A stretch of 64,000 bases of DNA from positions 1-64,000 of the forward strand of contig JAUCBJ010008984.1 in NCBI GenBank assembly GCA_032718475.1, in the 5' to 3' direction. The number at the start of each line of letters is the position of its first letter. The stretch's first letter is position 1. Position numbers and translations under genes: made by a program. Shown one piece after another: positions 27,882-39,475 of the stretch. This DNA is from Nemertoderma westbladi. Lineage: Eukaryota; Animalia; Xenacoelomorpha. The notes below the pieces were generated by a model that was given only the letters and a program-made list of their open reading frames with translations, ran no database searches and had not been told where the DNA came from.

Positions 27882-29537
27882 ATGGAGCAATTAAAGTCAC
27901 AACGTGCAGGGAAACGGGGATATTTAACTAGATTAATTTCACAAACTAATACACTATTGTTAGTGACTGAGAAGGATCCTATAGAACTAGAGGTGTTGCG
28001 TGATAACATTTTTGATGTTTTAAATTGGTTAAAGGAAAAGGATGAGGATTATCAAAGTTATATTTCACCAGATACTATTGAAAAGGATGTTATAGAATGT
28101 GAAAGCCGTCAATATGAGGGAAGTCACGCAATAAAAAAGATAGAAAAATTTCTTGAGTCCATTAAATCTACAACGGCAGTAAATATATCATCACAATCTC
28201 TTGATAGTAGTCATTATAACCCATTAGATTCATCACAATTCCGGGCACACACAACACTATCAACCGGCACATTACCAAAATTCTCAGGTGATCTATTGCA
28301 ATGGATAGAATTTCGTGATACATTTCAGAGTTCCGTTCACAATAATCCCAAAATTTCCAGCGTTGATAAATTTGTAATTTTGTTAGGACAACTTCATGGC
28401 GCAGCCAAAGAGTCTATTGCTGGGATTCCTTTGAACGCAGCAAATTATTCGCACGTATGGGACATTTTAGAATCACGTTTTGGTAATGCAGAAGCAATTT
28501 CTTACAAACTCATGGAAATATTTTTAACTTATCAGCCAGTCTCCACAATGAACATGAAAGAAGTACAATTACTGCATGACAAATATAAGTCCACCATTAG
28601 ACAATTGGAATCACTTAATGTGAACCCAACTAGCTATGAAGTCTTGCTCAAACCTGTTGTAATGAGTAAACTTCCAATAGAATTCAGGTTGATAATGCGA
28701 AAGAAACCAAACTTCAATACAATCGGCATTGAGCGGCTTCTAGAGTACATGCAGACAGAATTACAAACTAGGACACTGTGTGAGTTAGAATTGAAGACTC
28801 ATGCTCAACACAAACTGGCAACCAATACTACTTACGATAATTTTAAGCAACGGAAATCCACATCTGTTTCTTCTATGGTTCCAACAACTGCTGCACTTGT
28901 TGCTATAAAGCCCAAAATAAGTTGCATATTTTGCAATGGCAATCATTATTCTTCATCATGCAATTCAATAAGAGATGTCAAATCTAGGCGAGAAAAACTC
29001 ACTAGTGAAAAATGTTGTTTCATTTGTTTATCCAAAAACCATTTCAAACCAAATTGTCCCAAGGCAGATAAACAGTGTTTCAGTTGCAAACGCAAAGGGC
29101 ATCATTCAAGCATTTGTTACACGGCAAACAATGGCAAGTCAGTCAGTAATGCTGCCATTGTCCATAGCAATTCGAGTTCGACAACTGGAATGTCGGACAC
29201 AGCAATGCAGTTGAATCACAATTCGGCATCATTAAGTGCTCAACCACAATCACAAGTCTCACAAATAAATTCAAGGGCAATTGCCTACCCTAGTCAAGGT
29301 GTTGTCAATATGGTAGTTTGTGAGACAACACAAACGTCGATAACTCGACAATCACATATGTTCAATGAACAAGAGCACGCCACTCAAACAACTGTTTCAA
29401 TTTATTGGAAACAGCAACACTTAAATGTTACAATCCCAAGAATAAAAGGGAGCTTCATGTTCGTGTTCTATTTGATAAAGGGTCACATCGAAGTTATATT
29501 ACAGATAAAGTCTGCAACGAACTTGATCTTGAAGTAG
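27882..29537 (+). CDS. BEL/Pao Gag (DUF1759-like domain plus three Cys/His knuckles)
   Basis: LPKFSGD...W.EF.DTF...VH.N motif; knuckles CIFCNGNHYSSSC, CFICLSKNHFKPNC and CFSCKRKGHHSSIC. The frame shifts into pol near 29400. Confidence 0.92.
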   Translation: MEQLKSQRAGKRGYLTRLISQTNTLLLVTEKDPIELEVLRDNIFDVLNWLKEKDEDYQSYISPDTIEKDVIECESRQYEGSHAIKKIEKFLESIKSTTAVNISSQSLDSSHYNPLDSSQFRAHTTLSTGTLPKFSGDLLQWIEFRDTFQSSVHNNPKISSVDKFVILLGQLHGAAKESIAGIPLNAANYSHVWDILESRFGNAEAISYKLMEIFLTYQPVSTMNMKEVQLLHDKYKSTIRQLESLNVNPTSYEVLLKPVVMSKLPIEFRLIMRKKPNFNTIGIERLLEYMQTELQTRTLCELELKTHAQHKLATNTTYDNFKQRKSTSVSSMVPTTAALVAIKPKISCIFCNGNHYSSSCNSIRDVKSRREKLTSEKCCFICLSKNHFKPNCPKADKQCFSCKRKGHHSSICYTANNGKSVSNAAIVHSNSSSTTGMSDTAMQLNHNSASLSAQPQSQVSQINSRAIAYPSQGVVNMVVCETTQTSITRQSHMFNEQEHATQTTVSIYWKQQHLNVTIPRIKGSFMFVFYLIKGHIEVILQIKSATNLILK

Positions 29538-31681
29538 TTGGAAAGGGTTTCATTCACGTTAGTTCATTTTTGTCAAGGATGCCGAAAAGAATTGAATGCA
29601 ATTTAGTTAAGTTCAATTTAATAAAAGGGACAGCAAATATTGTGGTAGAGGCCACAGCTGTTCCATTTATTTGCCTTCCATTTGGTCCGCAGGAGTGCCA
29701 AACACAACAATACAGTCATCTTCGCAACCTAAACCTTGCAGATGACTTTCGCAGTTCGCATAAAGAGATTGGTGTTCTTATTGGGGCAGATTTGTACAAC
29801 AATCTTGTTGATGCTGGAAATGTCCGCAAGGGGCATCTAAGTGATCAGCCTGTTGCTACAAAATCTGTCTTTGGTTGGTTGTTAACAGGACCAATAGAAG
29901 AATCCGAAAATATGTCGACAGAAAATACAGCCTTAGTTGCTAGCAATGATACCTGTGATTGTACAAGAGAATTAACAAAGATTCTCAAGACATTTTGGGA
30001 ATTGGAATCAGCTGGAGTTTCAACTCCTGATCATGTTCATAACAATTTTTGTAAGGAAATCATGTTTGAAAATGGGCGATACTCAGTAAACTTGCCATGG
30101 AAAGACAATGTAGCGCCACTTCAAAATCATTACTCACTTTCACTTGGACGTCTCCAATCATTGGTTAAACGTTTCTTACGCAACCCCACACTTTATCATC
30201 GTTACAGTGAAGTTCTGAGTGACTACTGTAAACGCGGTTTTATTGAAGAAGTTAATGACCCAAGTGAATCATGTGGCATCACTCATTATATCCCTCATCA
30301 TTGCGTTATAAGGGAAGATCACAACACAACAAAGCTGCGAATAGTATTTGATGGTAGTGCCAGAGACTCAAAACAAGATTTATCACTCAATGACACATTG
30401 TATACTGGCCCTTCTCTGGTATCAAATATTGTTTCGATTATGATTCGCTTTCGCTTGTATCAGTATGTGCTGTTGGCAGATATTGAAAAAGCTTTTCTTA
30501 TGGTTTCAGTAAACTCTGAACATCGTGATGCTTTAAGGTTTTTATGGATGCAGAATCCTTTAGATCAAGCCAATGATACTGTCAAGGTTTATCGGTGGTG
30601 CAGAGTTCCATTTGGATTAAACCCATCCCCTTTCTTATTACATGGTACTGTTAGTCATCATTTATCTGAGGAAAACAAATCACCACATGTCAATGATGCT
30701 ACTAGTACTGCAATCAATGTACTAGGCAATGATTTGTATGTCGACAACTTGCAAACAGGGGCAGACACAGTCAACGAAATATTATCATTGTATTATTATA
30801 CAAAGACTATGCTCTTGAGAGGTGGATTTAATCTTAGGTCCTGGGAATCAAATTCTCTCCCAGCAAAACACATTATACATGAGTGTGAACAATCGATTGA
30901 TAGCGTCCACAAGCCACCTCAAGTCACAACAAATTCACTTTCCTCCCATTCGTTTACACTCAATCAAATGAACACTGACACTCGCTACATAAAGGTATTA
31001 GGCATTGAGTGGTCACCAATGCAAGATGATTTCAAATACTCATTTAGAAATATCCTTCAGTTAATTGACACACTCCCACCTACTAAACGTAGTATACTCA
31101 AGATAACTGGCCGCATCTTTGATCCAATGGGTTTTTTTAGTCCCATTGTCACCCAGTTAAAGGTATTATTTCAAGAACTTATTGGATTCAACTGGGACAG
31201 TGTATTGTCACCAGATTTAAACAAAAGGTGGAAATCTTTCATTTATAACCTTGCATCATTAAATGATATTACCATTCCAAGGATTTACTTTCCAGATTCA
31301 AATGCATTTGTTTCTCATTTAGTAGAGTATGGAGAGTTACATGCATTCGGGGATGCATCTAAAAAGGCATATGCAGCATGTATTTACTTGTGTCTGCGGA
31401 AACCAAATCAAACCCCCCAATCTACACTAGTGGTTGCAAAGTCTCGTGTCGCACCTTTGAAGGAACAATCTTCATCGAAGTCTTCATCTAAGCCCCCATC
31501 AATGCCCCGTCTAGAACTATTGGCTGCAGTTTTGGCAGCTCGCTTGCTAAACACAGTTCTTGATTCTTTGCTACCACTCAAACTCACGCCTAAGTTTTTT
31601 TGTTGGTCTGACTCTCAAAATGTAATTTGTTGGATTCGCAATACAACCAAGGAGTTCAAACCATTTATCGAAAATAAGTGA
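29405..31681 (+). CDS. BEL/Pao Pol: aspartic protease, RT, truncated RNase H
   Basis: Protease LFDKGSHRSYI; RT motifs KLRIVFDGS, ADIEKAF, VPFGL and YVDN; RNase H motifs LHAFGDAS, PRLELLAA and WSDSQ. The ORF stops prematurely after KPFIENK. Confidence 0.93.
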   Translation: METATLKCYNPKNKRELHVRVLFDKGSHRSYITDKVCNELDLEVVGKGFIHVSSFLSRMPKRIECNLVKFNLIKGTANIVVEATAVPFICLPFGPQECQTQQYSHLRNLNLADDFRSSHKEIGVLIGADLYNNLVDAGNVRKGHLSDQPVATKSVFGWLLTGPIEESENMSTENTALVASNDTCDCTRELTKILKTFWELESAGVSTPDHVHNNFCKEIMFENGRYSVNLPWKDNVAPLQNHYSLSLGRLQSLVKRFLRNPTLYHRYSEVLSDYCKRGFIEEVNDPSESCGITHYIPHHCVIREDHNTTKLRIVFDGSARDSKQDLSLNDTLYTGPSLVSNIVSIMIRFRLYQYVLLADIEKAFLMVSVNSEHRDALRFLWMQNPLDQANDTVKVYRWCRVPFGLNPSPFLLHGTVSHHLSEENKSPHVNDATSTAINVLGNDLYVDNLQTGADTVNEILSLYYYTKTMLLRGGFNLRSWESNSLPAKHIIHECEQSIDSVHKPPQVTTNSLSSHSFTLNQMNTDTRYIKVLGIEWSPMQDDFKYSFRNILQLIDTLPPTKRSILKITGRIFDPMGFFSPIVTQLKVLFQELIGFNWDSVLSPDLNKRWKSFIYNLASLNDITIPRIYFPDSNAFVSHLVEYGELHAFGDASKKAYAACIYLCLRKPNQTPQSTLVVAKSRVAPLKEQSSSKSSSKPPSMPRLELLAAVLAARLLNTVLDSLLPLKLTPKFFCWSDSQNVICWIRNTTKEFKPFIENK

Positions 31682-31749
31682 TGTACTTGCAGGCGTGTTC
31701 GACACCTCGGCTAAGTGCGTTCTGGAAGTCAGATATATATATATATATT

Positions 31750-33300
31750 ATAGAACCAACAAAACCATCAATTAATTCAGTGATAAATTCAGAGAAGTTC
31801 AACTCTTACATGAAACTACTTCGCTGTACATGCTATGTAATTCGATTCATTAATAATTTGAAGTCAAAGATTAAAGGTAATACTAAAGAAACATATGGCC
31901 CAATAACCACATCTGAAATTCGATCTTCCGAGAAACTTTGGATTCGAGAAACGCAATCTATCGAATTTAAGACTGAACTAATCTACATGAAATCAAAAGA
32001 AGGGAAATGTCCATCTCTTCTAAATAGTCTAAAGTTATTCTTGGATAAAGATGATATTCTGCGGTATGAAACTCGTCTTCAAAATGCTCAATTGAAATAT
32101 GATCAGATATTTCCTATTATTTTGCCCAAAAATTCACACCTTAGCTCATTAATCATCAGTGATGCCCACAATCAAGTTATTCATAGTGGTGTTCAAGATA
32201 CTCTAATACAACTACGGACACGTTTCTGGATACCACAGGGTAGACAACGTGTTAAGTCAATTTTGCATCGCTGCGTACCTTGTAGAAGGATACAAGGATA
32301 CCCTTACAGACTACCTCAAGCTCCACCCCTTCCTCCATTTCGTGTTGATCAGTCCTATCCATTCGCCAATGTTGGAATTGACATGGCTGGTCCACTTTAT
32401 GTAAAGTCAGAAGTGTCTACTGACAGTACGTTGAAGGTTTACATTTGCCTTTATACATGCCCCAGCACAAGAGCAATTCATCTGGATTTACTTAACGATC
32501 TCACAAGTGAAACATTCATAAATTCGTTGAGGCAATTCATAGCTCGAAGAGGAGTCCCAATTCGCATCTTGTCTGACAATGGTGCCACGTTTAAAAGAGC
32601 ATCGCGAGAATTAAAGAAACTCTATAAACAAATCGTGAAATCACCTGAAGTCATAACATATTGTTGCCAAAATAGAATAACTTGGCAATTTAATGTGGCT
32701 TTAGCCCCATGGTGGGGAGGCCTGTGGGAAAGGCTTGTTCAGTCAACCAAGAAATGTCTCCGCAAAGTCATTGGACGTGCCATATTGTCATCTGATGCTC
32801 TGAGAACAATCCTCGTAGAAGTCGAAGGAGTTCTCAATTCAAGACCACTTACCTATGTCGACACTGAAGATAACGTTGACATATTAACTCCAAATCATCT
32901 TCTTTGTGGCCGTCGCCTAGGTTCATTACCTGATGAGACTGAAGTATCTGAACAATTGAGAGCAACTCAAAACAGTCTTAGACAATCTTACAAACTACGG
33001 AAGAGTTTGATAGCTCAATTTTGGAAATCTTGGTTAGATGACTATCTTTGTTTCATGAAAAGTCAACATTGGACTAACACTAAAGACAACAAATCCAATA
33101 TCAAGATTGGAGATATTGTGATTATACATCAAGCTCATAAACCTCGTGCTTTCTGGAAGTTTGGTCGGATAGCAAAACTTATCCATGGCCGAGATGAGCG
33201 TGTCCGTGCAGCTGATGTCACAGTAGGACTAAAAAAGGTCGGAAACCATATTATACAGCGACCAATAAGTTTACTATATCCACTTGAAGTTCAATCATAA
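31750..33300 (+). CDS. BEL/Pao integrase (HHCC zinc finger, DDE core, DUF5641-like C-terminus)
   Basis: H.QVIHSG...C.PC, VGIDMAGP, ILSDNG, WWGGLWERLV, LTPNHLL, RPISLLYPLE. Confidence 0.93.
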   Translation: MEPTKPSINSVINSEKFNSYMKLLRCTCYVIRFINNLKSKIKGNTKETYGPITTSEIRSSEKLWIRETQSIEFKTELIYMKSKEGKCPSLLNSLKLFLDKDDILRYETRLQNAQLKYDQIFPIILPKNSHLSSLIISDAHNQVIHSGVQDTLIQLRTRFWIPQGRQRVKSILHRCVPCRRIQGYPYRLPQAPPLPPFRVDQSYPFANVGIDMAGPLYVKSEVSTDSTLKVYICLYTCPSTRAIHLDLLNDLTSETFINSLRQFIARRGVPIRILSDNGATFKRASRELKKLYKQIVKSPEVITYCCQNRITWQFNVALAPWWGGLWERLVQSTKKCLRKVIGRAILSSDALRTILVEVEGVLNSRPLTYVDTEDNVDILTPNHLLCGRRLGSLPDETEVSEQLRATQNSLRQSYKLRKSLIAQFWKSWLDDYLCFMKSQHWTNTKDNKSNIKIGDIVIIHQAHKPRAFWKFGRIAKLIHGRDERVRAADVTVGLKKVGNHIIQRPISLLYPLEVQS

Positions 33301-33500
33301 AAAACAGGTGGATTAGTACTAAAAATGTTGAACTCAGAACCAAATGCACTACCTACTTAGACATGTTTGTTATTAATATTGATTGATATATTTAATAGTT
33401 TATACAGCATAATTATAAAATACCATTACATAGTGGAATATAATTATTTTAGCTTATTATCAAACTCATGTATGAATATTACATATTCATGGTGGGGAGA

Positions 33501-33873
33501 TGTTGGAGATTTATATTAGCTTTTATTAACATTCTTCCCATAGTTTTTCTAAACATTATATTATCATGATTATTAGTTGGCAATTTACCATTATACATAG
33601 GCTTACTTTGAAGTATTATATTTGTCACATTGTTACATTAATTAACAGCTGATTTATCTATTGAGGTTTACTCTTTACCATTTACTCTTTTGATATTCAT
33701 AGTTATTGTTGTTGTTTTTTGTTGTCGTAAAACTTTCAATAATATTGCCAATATGTATACTTATACTGTAGGAATAGCTCTGTTTATATATTAAATATAC
33801 TATAAGATTATTGTTTATTATATTCGACATCTTATACTAAAAACTCTTTATCAATCCTTCGGGAACCCCAACA
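33501..33873 (+). repeat. 3' LTR
   Basis: Preceded by a polypurine tract and followed by TSD ATATA. Confidence 0.97.
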
Positions 33874-35758
33874 ATATATTATCGGTGTAGCGTTACACCC
33901 AGTAATAACTCGCACCACAATATATATTATCGGTGTAGCGTTACACCCAGTAATAACTCGCACCACAATATATATTATCGGCGTAGCGTTACACCCAGTA
34001 ATAACTCGCACCACAATATATATTATCGGCGTAGCGTTACACCCAGTAATAACTCGCACCACAATATATATTATCGGCGTAGCGTTACACCCAGTAATAA
34101 CTCGCACCACAATATATATTATCGGCGTAGCATTACACCCAGTAATAACTCGCACCACAATATATATTATCGGCGTAGCGTTACACCCAGTAATAACTCG
34201 CACCACAATATATATTATCGGCGTAGCGTTACACCCAGTAATAACTCGCACCACAATATATATTATCGGCGTAGCGTTACACCCAGTAATAACTCGCACC
34301 ACAATATATATTATCGGTATAGCGTTACACCCAGTAATAACTCGCACCACAATATCTATTATCGGCGTAGCGTTACACCCAGTAATAACTCGCACCACAA
34401 TATATATTATCGGTGTAGCATTACACCCAGTAATAACTCGCACCACAATATCTATTATCGGCGTAGCGTTACACCCAGTAATAACTCGCACCACAATATA
34501 TATTATCGGCGTAGCGTTACACCCAGTAATAACTCGCACCACAATATATATTATCGGTGTAGCATTACACCCAGTAATAATTCGCACCGCAATATATATT
34601 ATCGGCGTAGCGTTACACCCAGTAATAACTCGCACCACAATATATATTATCGGTGTAGCATTACACCCAGTAATAACTCGCACCACAATATATATTATCG
34701 GCGTAGCGTTACACCCAGTAATAACTCGCACCACAATATATATTATCGGCGTAGCGTTACACCCAGTAATAACTCGCACCACAATATATATTATCGGCGT
34801 AGCGTTACACCCAGTAATAACTCGCACCACAATATATATTATCGGTGTAGCATTACACCCAGTAATAACTCGCACCACAATATCTATTATCGGCATAGCG
34901 TTACACCCAGTAATAACTCGCACCACAATATATATTATCGGCGTAGCGTTACACCCAGTAATAACTCACACCACAATATCTATTATCGGTGTAGCGTTAC
35001 ACCCAGTAATAACTCGCACCACAATATATATTATCGGCGTAGCGTTACACCCAGTAATAACTCGCACCACAATATATATTATCGACGTAGCGTTACACCC
35101 AGTAATAACTCGCACCACAATATATATTATCGGCGTAGCGTTACACCCAGTAATAACTCGCACCACAATATCTATTATCGGCGTAGCGTTACACCCAGTA
35201 ATAACTCGCACCACAATATATATTATCGGCGTAGCGTTACACCCAGTAATAACTCGCACCACAATATATATTATCGGTGTAGCATTACACCTAGTAATAA
35301 CTCGCACCACAATATATATTATCGGCGTAGCGTTACACCCAGTAATAACTCGCACCACAATATATATTATCGGCGTAGCGTTACACCCAGTAATAACTCG
35401 CACCACAATATATATTATCAGCGTAGCGTTACACCCAGTAATAACTCGCACCACAATATCTATTATCGGCGTAGCGTTACACCCAGTAATAACTCGCACC
35501 ACAATATATATTATCGGCGTAGCGTTACACCCAGTAATAACTCGCACCACAATATATATTATCGGTGTAGCGTTACACCCAGTAATAACTCGCACCACAA
35601 TATATATTATCGGCGTAGCGTTACACCCACTAATAACTCGCACCACAATATATATTATCGGTGTAGCATTACACCCAGTAATAAAATAACTCTCACCACA
35701 ATATCTAATAACGGCGTAGTGTTACACCCAGTAATATCTCGCAACACAATATCTATTA
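33874..35758. repeat. 48-bp tandem repeat, right arm, ~39 copies
   Basis: Same unit as 25231-27098; the phase continues across the TSD. Confidence 0.97.
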
Positions 35759-35812
35759 TTGTTGTTACCGAACCAAGTATGTTTGCTTTACTCCTTACTG
35801 GTAGTATTAATA

Positions 35813-36771
35813 CTATTGGGACTGAAGACAGCTTTCTGCTGTCTCACAATCACCCCAGTTACTGAACCCAAGAACGGTTCCTATATGTTTGTACTTCGAG
35901 GACAACTCTTCAAACGATTCCGCTTTACTGACACCGAATACCTCCGGATCCCCAGGAGATACTGATCTTTGTGTGTCTGTCTCCTCTGTTACTGATGCTA
36001 TGTGGGCGGGCTCTGGGACTGTGTATAAGGGCTCTGGAACCGTGTATAAGGGCTCTGGGACCGTGTATAAGGGCTCTGAGGCCGTGTATAAGGGCTCTGG
36101 GGCAGTGTTTAAGTAAACACTATAATCAGGCTGGTCTCCATAGCAACAGACATCATAACTAGGACCCCCTATGTTACGATATCGGTACGAATATTGGGTG
36201 ATATCATATGTTTCGTTGTCATTGGCAACCGGTATGTTGTAAGATCGCTGGTTTCGTTCACCACCTGGGGGTGATAACAAGGAGGTTAATTTACTGTGGA
36301 GAGTAAATTTATTGTTTCCCGTGTATTCCAAGTTGTATTGATAGGCCGGTTTGTGATTGGTTGGGTTAGCGCACACTTCTTTCCAGTCATTGGTTATATC
36401 CTCCTGTATTTGAAGACTGATTTCCCATTGGTCGTTTAACAAATATTTCATATCGAAAAGCAACCAATTATTTAATCGTTGAATTCCTGTAATGAGTTCA
36501 GAAAAGATAATTAAACAGGAAATAAATATTACATTTACCTTGACTAATACTTGAATATTAATTAATTTGGAAGAATTTACTTTTACAGTAATAAATCTAT
36601 TTTATTTTACTCGAAAGCTTCATCATAAGGTTTTAAATGATTATATATTATGCGATGACATTGTCAATTAACAGGACCCCGACATGCCCAATTTTTCTAT
36701 TTCTAACCTTCTTGGTAACTAATTGTGTCGTCCAACAGTAGAGTTGGCGAGCCCAGAAATCTCATCTTCAT
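35813..36771 (-). CDS. Putative two-coding-exon orphan gene (~245 aa; exons 36771-36708 and 36486-35813) with (PEPLYTV)n repeat
   Basis: 674-nt open exon with acceptor TTACAG|GA. The upstream exon MKMRFLGSPTLLLDDTISYQE ends AAG|GTTAG in matching phase 1. No recognisable family. Confidence 0.55.
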
Positions 36772-38070
36772 CTGAAATCCTGCGATTGTGGTTTGATAAT
36801 TAAATGATGGCAGGTCGAAACACAAATATTTGTTTAAAAGTACGTGATCTGTAAGAATAAATAGTTGATTGTTACTTCAATAATTGAGTTTGCAATAATA
36901 AATACTATCTCGAAAATCCATCTCGGCAAATTATCAATGTTAATTATCAATGGAGGGGAAGGTGCAGGTTACACTGGCATGCTATTCTAACCAAAACAAT
37001 AAACGAAAGTCAATAGCACAGTTATGTATGTTACAGTTTCTTTTTTACTCGTGATCAGCTTTTTTTTTATTGATTTTATTGATTATTCCTTGGATTCAAT
37101 ATTTTATTGATATATTATTGTGCCCCCCCCCCCCCCCCCCCCACCCCACTCTATCTACAAAATTACAGTCGATATTGTAGCGTTCCCTCGACCAGGATTC
37201 GCACCCTCGCCAAGAGGACCTAAGTGGGACATGGGCCTTATTATTATCATACTGACTGCCCTACGGTACTGCTGTACAGACTGACTCACGGCAACATTTA
37301 CCGGTAGCCTTCTCTGCACGATTGATATTTGATTATAATAATATAATCTTGGTATCACGATTCCGCGTTTTTGATGGGATTGTCATCCCTTCAATATATA
37401 TAATTATCACTATATAAGCTGTTGAGGTTGAGTGCTTCCTAACAAACAATAAATACCGTATATAGAGAGATACAACTTTACAATTATCGCGGTATTAAAT
37501 ATTATATTATTTAATTAATATTATACTTACACGTCATATTTTATTTCCTATCAATATCTAATAGTGATGTACCGGTATACATTAATATACACAATTATTC
37601 TTTCTGAGAATTAGATAGCACCTTATCTTCGTGTTTAGTATAATAAACTAAAGGCCAACTATTTGAAGTTCCTATAATATAATAACTCCAAATCGGTTCT
37701 CCTATAATCGAATGTTTCATGATTGATATGATTTGGCATTGATTGAGTTTGAATGAATGATTTCATTAATATTCCCTCCCCTTGTCTGATATTCCTTAGA
37801 CGGTGTGACTTATCCACTCAAAGATATTAAGTTTAATAAGTATATGTAATACGTAACTATAATAATCATAATAATAATAGAGGTATGTGGCCTAATAGCA
37901 CACATACAGTAGCTGCCAACTGCTGTCTATTTAGATATCCCACAAAGCTTTTGTTTTATAGTCTTAAACGTATTACACACTCACTGCTTGACTGCCACCG
38001 TCCCTCCCACCCATATGGCCCATGCCAACCAACCACTAAGATATTAATGATATTCTCACGTACCTCCCAG

Positions 38071-38236
38071 GGACAGACCGGAAGACCACTCGCTCTAAAG
38101 AGCAAACCCGATTAATTCGCCAGTACGCGAAATTAAAGAAGAAAGCAACCTGGAATGTGCCTGTAGTTGAGTACAGTGACACTGAGGATGTAGAGGATAA
38201 AGAGGATACCAATGTCCTAGACAAAAAACCCAACAG
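38071..38236 (+). CDS. CCDC59: Internal exon of the CCDC59-like gene (TDRKTTRSKEQTRLIRQYAKLKKKATWNVPVVEYSDTEDVEDKEDTNVLDKKPN)
   Basis: Acceptor CTCCCAG|, donor CAG|GTATCC, 166 nt open. Its phase-2 end joins the terminal exon in frame. The basic Q-Y-x-K-L-K-K helix resembles the Fyv7/TAP26 N-terminal block. Confidence 0.72.
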
Positions 38237-38920
38237 GTATCCCAAACATTTTATAAATAATAATTTAACGACTTACAAAACTGTCAAAGATAAGTTTATT
38301 TTTTTCTAATAAATTTGTTGACCTTTATTTGTATCGTATTTTTTCTTAAGTAATTACTTTTTAAATTAACTAATTTTGAAATTTTACTTTTTATCATTAT
38401 CACTGTAACCTGCTCTTTTCCATTAATTGACAGTTTTAGCATTGAGTGAGACAAACATTAATTATTTCTTCGATTTGGGATTAGCGAAAATAGAACGTTT
38501 AATTACATTGGACTATCTATGAAATTGATTTTATTATTATTTAATTACAAAAATAGATCCGCTACCTTAATAAAATATATCTCATCCAACTATCTATAAA
38601 TAATGTTACCAGGTAACACGTATTGAGATAATTCTAAATATATTCGTACTATGCTGAGGTTATTGGTTCATGTTATTTTATTGATTTAATTAAATTTATT
38701 GTTATTATTACAAATGAGAATTGAATTTAGAGACATTTTACAAAAAACATGAATAAAATAGCGTGATTACTGTTATCATTGACACTATAAAAACGATACG
38801 AAAATGCGTAAATACGAAAATACGTAAATTTTTATTCGTATTATACAATTCGAAAACCTATTTCTGATATACGAAATTCAATAAGATAAAATACAAAAAT
38901 CGTATCGTATCCTGTCCCTG

Positions 38921-39302
38921 GCCCCAGTTAAATCTAACACTAGTTAAACCAAACCCAGCCCTAGTTAAAAATAACCCTATTTAAATCTAACCCTAGTTAA
39001 ATCTAGCCCTAGTTAAATCTTTTCCCAGTTAAATATAGCCGTGGTTAAATCTAACCCTAGGTAAATCTAGCCCTAGTTAAATCTAGCCCTAGTTAAATCT
39101 TTTCCTAGTTAAATCTAGCCGTAGTTAAATGTAGAGTTGTAAAGTGCATGTAAAGTTGGTGTAAAGTTCATTATATTCCTAGTTAAATCTTGCCATAGTT
39201 ACAATCTAGCCCTGGTTAAATCTATTCCTAGTAAAATATATTCCTAGTTAAATCTAGCTCTAGTTAAATCTAGCCGTGGTTAAATCTTTCCCTATTTAAA
39301 TC
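38921..39302. repeat. Degenerate 16-bp minisatellite (CTAGTTAAATCTAGCC), left part
   Basis: Directly visible; the same unit resumes at 43920-44340. Confidence 0.85.
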
Positions 39303-39304
39303 AA

Positions 39305-39475
39305 TTATTGATCTCGATTGCTGCAAAGCTATACAATAGAATTATATTAAATCGCATCAGGGATCCCATTGAGAGGCTGCTCCGTGGAAATCAGAATGGG
39401 TTCCGTAAAGGTCGTGGGACCATGGAGCCCATTTTGGCACTTAGAAGGATAATTGAAGAGTTATCAAAAATGTAA
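39305..39475 (+). mobile_element. RTE-like LINE reverse transcriptase fragment
   Basis: SIAAKLYNRIILNRIRDPIERLLRGNQNGFRKGRGTMEPILALRRIIEE matches the RT N-terminal subdomains (QxGFR). Confidence 0.85.

Larger units (their letters stand above)
27099..33873 (+). mobile_element. BEL/Pao LTR retrotransposon with both LTRs, internally defective
   Basis: 373-bp TG...CA LTRs (27099-27471, 33501-33873) with one mismatch seen by eye. 5-bp TSD ATATA, PBS-like TGG at 27474, PPT GGTGGGGAGA at 33491-33500, and gag-PR-RT-RH-IN order. Confidence 0.97.

Noticed and set aside
25159-35646. Long ORFs (652, 520, 364 and 226 aa) of RRSVTPSNNSHHNIYY / VVRVITGCNATPIIYI repeats
   Set aside because: The 48-bp unit is a multiple of 3 and lacks stops in frames on both strands. 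The ORFs have non-ATG starts and are interrupted by an LTR element.
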